A program made the translations under genes and the position numbers. A stretch of 62,943 nucleotides of DNA, from positions 1 to 62,943 of the forward strand of contig CAINEW010000024.1 of NCBI GenBank assembly GCA_903847915.1. Direction: 5' to 3'. Shown one piece after another: positions 53,465 through 62,036 of this stretch. The notes beneath the pieces are model-generated. The model did not search any database. It was not told the DNA's origin and worked only from the letters and a program-made list of their open reading frames with translations. Position 1 is the stretch's first letter. Each line of letters opens with the position of its first letter. Source of the DNA: an uncultured bacterium (GTDB lineage: Bacteria; Patescibacteriota; Minisyncoccia; UBA6257; GWB1-50-10).

Positions 53465-55081
53465 TTATTTAAATTTCACATGAAGATGGCGCTGGTCCTC
53501 GTTAAAATATAAACAATCATTACTACGATATCCGGAATCTTCTGGTGCAGTACATCGTGTTGCACTAGGGAAAATTCGTGCAATTTCTTTAGCAGTATAT
53601 TTTGATCCATTAGTATCATCAAGGCGCAAATCAACAGCCGGTTTGTCTGGTCCATGAGTTGTGTGACCGCTTTCAGTTCCTCCTGTAATTACAATTGTGC
53701 ACAAACGACCACATCCTCTTTTTAGTGTTATTAAATTATCGATAACAAAAGAAGGAAGAAAAGCTAAACTTGTGCAATCTCTTTGTCCTGGAGAAGTGCA
53801 ATTAGCTTTATTTATAGTAATTCCTACAGCGTTTAATTGGGCTCGTTTTGCTAAATCGTCAGCTTTTCCTTCGGGACTACTTTGTTCTTTCCCCCCACTA
53901 CCACCAGATGGTTGTTGAGGTTGCTGTCCAGGAGGTGTTGGAGTAACTTGAGCAATCGGATTCACCTTTGTTGTTTTATTACACTTCCATCCGACTAGAT
54001 CCCTATCAACAATACGGTCACGAGGAATAGTTCCGAGTTCGGTAGTCAGAATAGAATCATTTGGGTTCGGATGGTTAAAAGAGGTGCTTACTGTGGTTGT
54101 GCCTATAATCCACTCATGAGGCCCAAACTCAAGTTCCTCTGTTGCCCACAATGCCCATTCTGCGCAAAAAGGTTCTTTCGTCACTAACGTTGCTTTAATT
54201 TCTTGTTTTTGTGGAGCGCAAAGCTTCAAATTACTATTTAAATCTATCATTTGTACATTACCATCGTTTTTATTATCACTTTTTGTTGGGTATCTAATAT
54301 CCTGATAGGCATAAATAAGACATTTTGCATCAGCAGGCTTATCCTTAAAATAAGGATACATCCACACCCTCGATTTTGCAGGAATGCCCTCGCTCTCATC
54401 GTAATATTTCTCGTCATTATCGATAGAAACGCCTTCTTTTGAATTATTTCGACGATATTCGCACGTAACAGGGTCTATGTTTGTGGTTGCAAGATTGCCT
54501 GTCCCATCAAATAGTTTAATGTCTTTAAATGGCTCGCATTCATTGCTAGATTTTTCTTCCGCACAAATTTCTTGTGTAATTACTGTGCCGTCGCTACTTG
54601 TAGTATTCACTTCGATTGGTTTAAAGCCGTCCTGACAAGTTGCACTAATCAGTGACTGATTGGCATTTTTTGTAAGATCCGGGAGCTTCACTAAATCAGG
54701 ATTGATCGTTTTGAGGATAAAATAGGATCCAAAAAGAAGCGCGATGCCATAGAGTGATGCCATCACGTCCCCCTTCCCACTCGTCAAGTCATCAATACTT
54801 CCCTGACTTGTCGCAATCTTAAATCCTCCGTACACCAAAAATCCGAGTGCCACAATACCCGAAAATCCCATCATAAAATAATAAATCTGGACAATAAACG
54901 CACGGAGATCGGTTTTTGCAGCCCCTTTATTTTCATTGCAAAGTTTACCTAATCCCCCACTCGGATCTCCGGGGCAAGGGAACTGCACATCCACAATATC
55001 CCCATAGGCACTTACGATTGCAGGCGCAAGTATCATACAAAGTGCAAAGGCAAGAAAGACATAACGGAAAGGTTTAGACAT
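53465..55081 (-). CDS. T4SS pilin-like (TrbC/VirB2-type) N-terminal module fused to LAS/M15-type metallopeptidase-like C-terminal domain
   Basis: 538 aa. A signal peptide is followed by two TM helices with the FIVQIYYFMMGFSGIVALGFLVYGGFKIATSQG....GK pattern seen in CPR T4SS pilins. The C-terminus has ITGGTESGHTTHGPDKPAVDL and HLHV (H..D ... HxH zinc-ligand pattern). Confidence 0.5.
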   Translation of the reverse strand: MSKPFRYVFLAFALCMILAPAIVSAYGDIVDVQFPCPGDPSGGLGKLCNENKGAAKTDLRAFIVQIYYFMMGFSGIVALGFLVYGGFKIATSQGSIDDLTSGKGDVMASLYGIALLFGSYFILKTINPDLVKLPDLTKNANQSLISATCQDGFKPIEVNTTSSDGTVITQEICAEEKSSNECEPFKDIKLFDGTGNLATTNIDPVTCEYRRNNSKEGVSIDNDEKYYDESEGIPAKSRVWMYPYFKDKPADAKCLIYAYQDIRYPTKSDNKNDGNVQMIDLNSNLKLCAPQKQEIKATLVTKEPFCAEWALWATEELEFGPHEWIIGTTTVSTSFNHPNPNDSILTTELGTIPRDRIVDRDLVGWKCNKTTKVNPIAQVTPTPPGQQPQQPSGGSGGKEQSSPEGKADDLAKRAQLNAVGITINKANCTSPGQRDCTSLAFLPSFVIDNLITLKRGCGRLCTIVITGGTESGHTTHGPDKPAVDLRLDDTNGSKYTAKEIARIFPSATRCTAPEDSGYRSNDCLYFNEDQRHLHVKFK

Positions 55082-55083
55082 AA

Positions 55084-55755
55084 TTATTGTGCAGTGAATT
55101 TGATACTCTCTTTAGTAAACTCAAGGGGATTTTTTTTGTTTTGCACGATGGTGGAGGCCTGCACCGTGCGTGTCTCTCCGGGGTTCGGCGCAGAAATATG
55201 GAGGGAGAGCGTATTCGTTTTTTGATCGTAATATTTAGTATCATTCACTTGCCACGAAAACACTAAATCACTCAACGAAGAGATGTTAAAAAAATAAGGA
55301 ATCGCATTCAGCGAAAGATTTTGCTCGCCGTAAACAGCAGTATTCGCGACCGGTGTTTCAATTACCGTCAAAAAATTACCAATCGGAATACGCACACCTC
55401 CCTGTGTCTGCGCTCCATTCCAAGGGAACGTCACACGCACATAATGCGAATCCCCAGGAGATTTTTTAATAGTGACAGTTTTATTCACAAGCCCTAACCC
55501 TTCGCCTAAAAAAGTGTCATCCATATACCAGCGCAAAGGAATGGCACTCAAATCAACCACTTTGTTGTTCTGTGTTGCCATAAGACCGACGCGCACGGGC
55601 GTATGAGGAGTCGCAAGCGCTTTCCCTTGATAATCAGAAGGAAAAAAATTGAGCGCTTCCCATGTAAAAATCAATTGAGGTGTTTTTGGCGTTTCTGCGT
55701 GCGCAAATCCACCGTATAAGAAAAAAGCGAGTAACAACAAAGACAATGCTTTCAT
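55084..55755 (-). CDS. hypothetical secreted protein
   Basis: 223 aa with signal peptide MKALSLLLLAFFLYGGFAHA. No family recognised. Confidence 0.5.
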   Translation of the reverse strand: MKALSLLLLAFFLYGGFAHAETPKTPQLIFTWEALNFFPSDYQGKALATPHTPVRVGLMATQNNKVVDLSAIPLRWYMDDTFLGEGLGLVNKTVTIKKSPGDSHYVRVTFPWNGAQTQGGVRIPIGNFLTVIETPVANTAVYGEQNLSLNAIPYFFNISSLSDLVFSWQVNDTKYYDQKTNTLSLHISAPNPGETRTVQASTIVQNKKNPLEFTKESIKFTAQ

Positions 55756-55804
55756 TTCTCTTTAGTATACCTTATTTTGCTCGCAAAGGTGAGTGGAAAA
55801 ACTA

Positions 55805-56188
55805 TTATTTAGAAATGATATTTTTTCCAGTAATACCATACTGAAGAGAGCTAGACATCTTGTTCAGCTTGGGATGATTATGGATGTAGGTTTGAATCAC
55901 AAAAGAAGTAAAAAGGGTAGGAAGTAAGGGAAGAAGATTAAGGGCATATTTAGTAATTTGGTGACTCGTTTTAAGTGCAGCCGAATCCCTTTTCATATAT
56001 CCCCAAAAAGTCATTGCGCCTGTGCCTGCTGCCTGAATCACGGGGGCAATCGCAAGACCGACACCTGTAACGTCAATAAGGGCACATACACCATCAATCG
56101 TTAAAAAAAATAATCCGCCGATAATAAGCTCCGCCTCAAGATATTTATTGTGAGGTTTTTTATTTTCAACCTTAACTTCTTCTGCCAT
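55805..56188 (-). CDS. hypothetical small membrane protein
   Basis: 127 aa and multi-TM, directly downstream of the VirB4-like gene. Confidence 0.5.
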   Translation of the reverse strand: MAEEVKVENKKPHNKYLEAELIIGGLFFLTIDGVCALIDVTGVGLAIAPVIQAAGTGAMTFWGYMKRDSAALKTSHQITKYALNLLPLLPTLFTSFVIQTYIHNHPKLNKMSSSLQYGITGKNIISK

Positions 56189-56191
56189 AGA

Positions 56192-57979
56192 TTATTCTTT
56201 TTTTTCACTTTCTCCTGACTCTTTCATTTTTTGCAATCCTTTCATTTCAAGCATCTGCTCTGGATTGGTCGTAATAATCTGATCTTCGGTATAAGACGCA
56301 ATCACCTTAATCGCCACATGTTTAAGACCTGCAAAAAAGAGTCCCTCCCCCACCCCCGCTTCAAGAAGGAATGATTGTTCACCTTCGGTCAACGCAAACG
56401 CGTGTGCGATCGCCTCAATAGAGCTCGGTGACTGTTTCATAAGTAATTGGAGTGCAGAGTTCGTCACAATAGGGCGCCCATATTCCGAGCGCAAAAAATC
56501 CTCTACATCTTGAGTGATGGTCGTAATCCCCAAATAATATTTGCGCGCCCGTTTTACCAGTCCGAACAAAAAGGACGCAGAATCCTTATATTTCATCATA
56601 AGCCACGCCTCATCAATCACAAGTAACCGTTGGCGCAATTCTGAACGGATAAGATTCCACACAAAGTTTAATACGATATACATCGCAATCGGGCGTAATT
56701 CTTCTTCAAGATCGCGGATAGAAAACACAATAAGGCGATTTTTAATATCCACGTTCGTCGGCGCATTCGTAAATCCTCCGTAGGATCCATGCGTATATTT
56801 ATCCAACCGCTGTGCAATCCCCTGCCCCCCTTCTGTGTTGCGTAAAATCACTTGCAGATCTTCAAGGAGTGGCGGGTTTAATTCTTTCGTGGCAGAAAAA
56901 TTCTCTGCGGTAATATCGCGCGAGGCATAGGTTTCTACAATCACGCGGTCAAGTAACGAATCCTCTTCGGGGGTAATAGTACCCAACATCAATTTCAAAA
57001 GACCAGTAAGGTTTAAGGTGTGTGATTTAAACACGTCCGCGGGCTCTTCTCCTTCAGGAATAATCGGAATGTCAAATGGATTGATGTGGTTTTGTGAGGT
57101 AAGTGAGATTTTAAAATAACTGCCCCCAATCGCATTCGCGAGATTTTGATATTCATTTTCGGGGTCAATGACAATCACGTGCGTGCCCATCATAAGCGTG
57201 CGGAGAATTTGGAGTTTGGTGGCAAATGATTTTCCTGCACCCGATTTTGCAAAAACCACCGCATTCGCATTTTCAAGCGAAAAACGATCAAAAATAATCA
57301 AACTATTATTGTGCATATTGATGCCGTACAAGATGCCTTTGTCCGAGCTCAAATCGGGCGAGACAAAAGGAAAAAGTGAAGAGGCGGGACCAGAATTAAG
57401 GGTCGTGTGGAGCTCAAGCTCATCTTTTAAAATAGGTAACGTAGAATTATATCCCTCTAATTGGCGAAACAATGCGGGTTTAATATACACAAGCTTTGAT
57501 TCAAGGAGCGAAGTGAGCGCATTTTCAATTTTTGCGAGCGCTTCTTTGGTAGGAGCATACACGGTAATATACACGCCTATTTTAAACAATTTTTCACGCG
57601 CTTGGAGCAAGAGATCACGAAGATTTTCCACGTCTTGATAAGCGGTCTCAAGCATCGGGTCGCGCACAAACCCCTTTTCTTCTTTTTCGTTCATTTCCAC
57701 TTCAATTTGTGCCACCTTTTTACGAAGATTTTTAAGAGCGAGTGCGGTGTCCATCGGATGCACAAAAAGGGAGATATCCATCATCTCTGCCATATTAATA
57801 ATTGGAGAAAACCACCCGCTCATAAGAAAACGCGGGTAGGTAAACACAAAAAATGTTTTTACTTGAAAATCGCCAAGGGTGAGTGATCCCGAATCAATAC
57901 GGAGACCCGAAGGCGCGATGATATTTTGAATATCATCTTTTTTAGAAGGATTATAAGCAGAAGGAAGAGTAAATTTCAT
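56192..57979 (-). CDS. VirB4/TrbE/TraC-like conjugation-type ATPase (C-terminal ATPase part)
   Basis: 595 aa with Walker A FAKSGAGKSF and Walker B LLVIDEAW, in an AAA_10/DUF87-like layout. Confidence 0.85.
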   Translation of the reverse strand: MKFTLPSAYNPSKKDDIQNIIAPSGLRIDSGSLTLGDFQVKTFFVFTYPRFLMSGWFSPIINMAEMMDISLFVHPMDTALALKNLRKKVAQIEVEMNEKEEKGFVRDPMLETAYQDVENLRDLLLQAREKLFKIGVYITVYAPTKEALAKIENALTSLLESKLVYIKPALFRQLEGYNSTLPILKDELELHTTLNSGPASSLFPFVSPDLSSDKGILYGINMHNNSLIIFDRFSLENANAVVFAKSGAGKSFATKLQILRTLMMGTHVIVIDPENEYQNLANAIGGSYFKISLTSQNHINPFDIPIIPEGEEPADVFKSHTLNLTGLLKLMLGTITPEEDSLLDRVIVETYASRDITAENFSATKELNPPLLEDLQVILRNTEGGQGIAQRLDKYTHGSYGGFTNAPTNVDIKNRLIVFSIRDLEEELRPIAMYIVLNFVWNLIRSELRQRLLVIDEAWLMMKYKDSASFLFGLVKRARKYYLGITTITQDVEDFLRSEYGRPIVTNSALQLLMKQSPSSIEAIAHAFALTEGEQSFLLEAGVGEGLFFAGLKHVAIKVIASYTEDQIITTNPEQMLEMKGLQKMKESGESEKKE

Positions 57980-58635
57980 GAATTAGGAGTATGGGTAATG
58001 CGTAGATCTTTGGTTTCCATAAAACGGGGATTGTAGAGATTGAAAAAAAGTTCGGTAAGTTCTTCATTGTTCAAGGCGGCGACGCGTAGACCAATTTGTT
58101 CAAGTCCTTCCGTCACTTGGGATACGCGCCGATCTAGTTGCTCCAAGTGTTCTTCGGCGCGCGCAGACACTTCCGCAGGTTTTGATTTAGACGAATTGAA
58201 TATGTTGAGAATGTTGGAAAGCCCTCCCCCGTCTCCCGTCACGACAATGGGGTCATAAGGAACAATAACAAAAAATGATTTACTAATAATTGCGTTTTCT
58301 TCTACAAACGAGCGAATAAAATTAATATATTCTTCAATTTGAATTTTTAACAACTCATTTTTTTCTTCGTCTTTCCGCACCTTCATCTTTTCAAGATATT
58401 CTTCAATATTAATTTTGCGTGAATGAATAAAAAATTGCACAGGGAAGTCAAGAGTATTCAAAAATGTTTGAAACGTATTCAAAATAAGATTTTGTTCTTC
58501 CTCTGATTTGAGATCAAAGTTCACCCCACTCACGATAAGAATTTTGCGCAACTCACCCTTCTTAAGATAAACAATACCACTCTTAATTTCTTTGACCGCG
58601 ACAAATTGTTGGGTGGGTAAGGTTGGTTCAGGCAT
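57976..58635 (-). CDS. hypothetical protein, possibly the detached N-terminal domain of VirB4
   Basis: 219 aa with a 4-nt overlap with the ATPase gene. V.EIKSGIVYLKKGELRKILIVSGVNFDLKSEEEQ resembles the start of Gram-positive VirB4 homologues. Confidence 0.4.
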   Translation of the reverse strand: MPEPTLPTQQFVAVKEIKSGIVYLKKGELRKILIVSGVNFDLKSEEEQNLILNTFQTFLNTLDFPVQFFIHSRKINIEEYLEKMKVRKDEEKNELLKIQIEEYINFIRSFVEENAIISKSFFVIVPYDPIVVTGDGGGLSNILNIFNSSKSKPAEVSARAEEHLEQLDRRVSQVTEGLEQIGLRVAALNNEELTELFFNLYNPRFMETKDLRITHTPNS

Positions 58636-58652
58636 AGGATATAAATAGTATA

Positions 58653-59141
58653 TTAGTAATCAATTCGTTTTGCTACTGTTCGATCTCCTGAAAGAGAGCG
58701 TACCACTTGATACCGCTCACCTTGTGGTTCAGTGTGGGGCTTAAATAATTTTCCGGTGGTAATTTGAAGTGCGAGCGATTTTAATTTGTCTTGTACACTC
58801 ATACTATTACGTAGCGAAGTAATTGCATCAATATCAGGCACATCAAACGCGGTTGTGGGAGCTGGTCTTTGCCAGGTATAGGCGTGAGGAGTTAAAAGAT
58901 GTTTGAGCGCCGCACGTGCGATAAGTGGCATTGACTGACCATTAATACGGGCGAATGCAAGAGTCACCCCGAGCCCTCCCACAATACCTGTGAGTGGAAG
59001 CCAGATAAAAAAAGAAAGTGTTTTGAAAGCGATAAAACTGATAAGTGCAGGAATCGCTACATAAAAAAATTGCGCAAGCGTAAGAAACCCAATAATTTTT
59101 GGTTTTTCTTCTATAAATTGAGGGACTTGGAATGATGCCAT
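58653..59141 (-). CDS. PrgI-family (VirB3-like) membrane protein
   Basis: 162 aa. The N-terminus QVPQFIEEKPKIIGFLTLAQFFY followed by two TM helices matches the PrgI pattern. Confidence 0.6.
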   Translation of the reverse strand: MASFQVPQFIEEKPKIIGFLTLAQFFYVAIPALISFIAFKTLSFFIWLPLTGIVGGLGVTLAFARINGQSMPLIARAALKHLLTPHAYTWQRPAPTTAFDVPDIDAITSLRNSMSVQDKLKSLALQITTGKLFKPHTEPQGERYQVVRSLSGDRTVAKRIDY

Positions 59142-59143
59142 AG

Positions 59144-60058
59144 TTACAAAATCCGCGGTGCGTCATTTTCTTCCATCGTGGAAAGATTGTGATGTAACGG
59201 ATCAAGTTCGTGAATCCGAGGATTATTTATTTTAGGAAGAGGGGTAGATTTAACCTCCTCTCGGTAGGTTTTATCTTGTTCGTGCACGAGCGAATTTTTA
59301 GGGAGAGAGGCAAGAGGAGGAAGAAAATTATCAAAGTGAATACTATCCCCTTCCGAAGAAAGAGGAGAAGTTTGGAGGCCGGTATAATGCACCACTTTTT
59401 GTGGTTCCTCTTTTTCTTTTACGGGCGCGCTCGTTTCTATTGTTGCGCGTACATCTTTTTCTTGTGTAATTTTTGATTTCAAAAAACGAAATGGTAAAGA
59501 GAAGAAAAATGGCGTATGTTTTTTCTCTTCAGGCGCAACTATCTCTCTTTTTTGGAGAAGAAATGGCGCCGGCTCCTCTTTTTGGGATGTGGTGGCAAGA
59601 GACGTATCGGTGCGAATAGGAATAGAAGATCCTTCTGTGTTATCAAGTGAGGAAAGTGAAATAACTGGTGTAATACCGTCTACTGATCGCGGGGAAACGG
59701 AAAGGGGCGGACGCGCGCGCGGTGCTTCAATCGGCGCATATACTTTTTTAATATCACTTTCAAACGATTTTAAGACATATTCATAAATCTCGTTTTTAAG
59801 TGCGAGCGCCACACGATCGGTTAAATAAAGTGTGCGCATAATCTCTTCAGGAAGCGAGGAAAGAGAGAGAAATCCCATAAGCACAAGACCTACTAATTGT
59901 TGGAGTGTTTCTTTTTTCTCTTCGTCTAAATAGTGCGATTCCGCAATTTCATTGAGGGTATGAAACATATGTTCCGACTGAATCGCCTCTTGCAAGGACG
60001 CAGGAAGAATATCAATCCGTTCCTCCAATTGTGCTTCGGTAATAAGTGAATAGTTCAT
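59144..60058 (-). CDS. hypothetical protein
   Basis: 304-aa ORF within the cluster. No family recognised. Confidence 0.45.
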   Translation of the reverse strand: MNYSLITEAQLEERIDILPASLQEAIQSEHMFHTLNEIAESHYLDEEKKETLQQLVGLVLMGFLSLSSLPEEIMRTLYLTDRVALALKNEIYEYVLKSFESDIKKVYAPIEAPRARPPLSVSPRSVDGITPVISLSSLDNTEGSSIPIRTDTSLATTSQKEEPAPFLLQKREIVAPEEKKHTPFFFSLPFRFLKSKITQEKDVRATIETSAPVKEKEEPQKVVHYTGLQTSPLSSEGDSIHFDNFLPPLASLPKNSLVHEQDKTYREEVKSTPLPKINNPRIHELDPLHHNLSTMEENDAPRIL

Positions 60059-60071
60059 AATTTATTAAACA

Positions 60072-62033
60072 TTAATCTCCGCCCCCTCGCGTAATATTAG
60101 GATTTTCTTCGTCGGCAATTCCCGCTTGTTGCGCTTGTTCTATGGTAAGAGTGGGTCGAGTTTGTGCTTGTGGTAACGGATCAACTGCAGCTCCTCGATT
60201 GTTTTGCTGAAGTCGCCTATTTCTCTGTTTTTCTCGTTCTTCAATTTCCTTTCTCACCTTTTCACGTGCTCCATTTATTATTGTGAGCTCGTCTAGTTTT
60301 TCTTCTCTTTCTTCATCGGTTGTAGCACGAGCAAGAGCTCTAGTGGCTTCATCAGATTCATGTATAAGTTCTCTCTCTTTCTCTGTAATTTGATCATCGG
60401 TATAGCTTTTTATTGATCCATTAAGTTTCATGCTTATTTCATCTTCTTCTATACCTCTTAATTCTCTCTGGTGTCCCATAAGTTTCTTTGTGAGTTCCTG
60501 CTCTTGGTCTTTATACAATTCCTTGTGTTGTTTAATTTGGTCTGCGGTCATGCCTTGTCTTTCGTTTCTTATTTTATCCAGTTTTTCTTGTGTTTCCTTT
60601 TTATCTTTCTTAATTTCTCCTTTTGATTTCTTTTCGTCCCCCTTCTTTTCTTTTGACTTGCCCCAATAGCCCGTACCCTCTCCTACTCCCTTAAAGAGAG
60701 ATCCCACAAATGACTGTGGTTTAACTACCTGACTTTTAGCAGTATTCACAACCCCCTTCCCTGCACCTTTAACGCTTTTTCCAATACTACGAACAGGAGC
60801 AGTAACAATCTTACCCAAAAACCCTTTGTTTTTACCAATGTTTTGCATCTTAGTACCGAGTGTGTTTAGTTTTTTAGCAGTATTTTGACCAAAGGTACTC
60901 CCCGCAAGCCCTTTCGCAGTAGATTGACCCGCACGTTGTGCTTTATTTTTTGCCCAACTCTTCGCTCCATTTTTAATTCCATTTCCAGCGCCTTTTAATC
61001 CTTTCATAGTTGCTTCAGCTCCCTTAATACCCATCTTTTGAGCCGCTGTCATTCCACCAATAAGGAGCGCGGTAAGCATAATCATCTGAATCCCTTGTTG
61101 AACAACTGCTTGCATCGGTCCTATAAAAAAGTTGCCTGTAGGAGTAATTTTTGCGAGCGCTTTTGCGGTGGCAAGGGTAAGATAGATGAAAAAAGAAACC
61201 GCAGGGAGGAAAAATGTCCAGTTAAGGAATTCATTCCACCACTCCTCAAAATAATGTTTAAACTCAGGGAGTGCGCGAGCAAAAAAAGCAAGCGGACTTA
61301 AAGTGAGAAGAAAGGTTAAATGAAGATAACGCATTAAGAGCATAAACGCGAGCGCGAACATCACAACAGCAGCAATCAAAAGAAAAATAATCTGAAAAAC
61401 CGCAGTCATAACAGATGTAATCATTTGTGCTCCAATACCAGCAATAAGACCTCCTTGGTCTGCAGGATCGGGGGGAGGAGGATTAACATCGCCAAGAAGG
61501 AGTTTTTGGGGGCCAAACGCTTCGGTGAGTGCAGTAGGGAGAGCGTCGCGTACATCTTCATTAAGAAATACATTCGTAAGTGAGTGTGAAAAATTAATAA
61601 TCACTCCTGCAATTGCTAAACTAAAATTAACTAATACAGCAGCAATAATAAGATCGGTTAAAATACTTCCCTTCTTCGCGTCGTAGCGGTCATAACGGAC
61701 AATAGTGGCAAATGCAACAACAAGCATCGCGAGGACAAAAAGGATATTAATAAAATCGCGAAGAATTTTCCATCCAATAGTGATAATCTGATTACCTTGG
61801 CTTAATACATTAAAATTAAGATCAAGCATCCATCCCACAAAAACACTTCCTAATGTATAAAGCCCTCCTGCAATTCCTTGAAAAATCAAGGCAATTGCCC
61901 GAATAAAAAAGTCAAAAATACCACCCAAGCTGATCACATCAAAAATGCCTGCGGAGGCAAAATGAGGCACCGCGAAAATAAACAGTGCAAGCACGCCTCC
62001 TCCCCACAATAAATAATGAGATTTGATACGCAT
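60072..62033 (-). CDS. TrbL/VirB6-like polytopic membrane protein with long K/E-rich C-terminal tail
   Basis: 653 aa with about 8 TM helices over the first 340 aa, then a Gly/Lys-rich and coiled-coil-like charged tail. Confidence 0.55.
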   Translation of the reverse strand: MRIKSHYLLWGGGVLALFIFAVPHFASAGIFDVISLGGIFDFFIRAIALIFQGIAGGLYTLGSVFVGWMLDLNFNVLSQGNQIITIGWKILRDFINILFVLAMLVVAFATIVRYDRYDAKKGSILTDLIIAAVLVNFSLAIAGVIINFSHSLTNVFLNEDVRDALPTALTEAFGPQKLLLGDVNPPPPDPADQGGLIAGIGAQMITSVMTAVFQIIFLLIAAVVMFALAFMLLMRYLHLTFLLTLSPLAFFARALPEFKHYFEEWWNEFLNWTFFLPAVSFFIYLTLATAKALAKITPTGNFFIGPMQAVVQQGIQMIMLTALLIGGMTAAQKMGIKGAEATMKGLKGAGNGIKNGAKSWAKNKAQRAGQSTAKGLAGSTFGQNTAKKLNTLGTKMQNIGKNKGFLGKIVTAPVRSIGKSVKGAGKGVVNTAKSQVVKPQSFVGSLFKGVGEGTGYWGKSKEKKGDEKKSKGEIKKDKKETQEKLDKIRNERQGMTADQIKQHKELYKDQEQELTKKLMGHQRELRGIEEDEISMKLNGSIKSYTDDQITEKERELIHESDEATRALARATTDEEREEKLDELTIINGAREKVRKEIEEREKQRNRRLQQNNRGAAVDPLPQAQTRPTLTIEQAQQAGIADEENPNITRGGGD

Positions 62034-62036
62034 AAA

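Noticed and set aside
60072-60800. K/E/G-rich tail of the TrbL-like protein as a DNA-level tandem repeat.
   Set aside because: The bias is compositional at the protein level, and no clear nucleotide periodicity was seen by eye.
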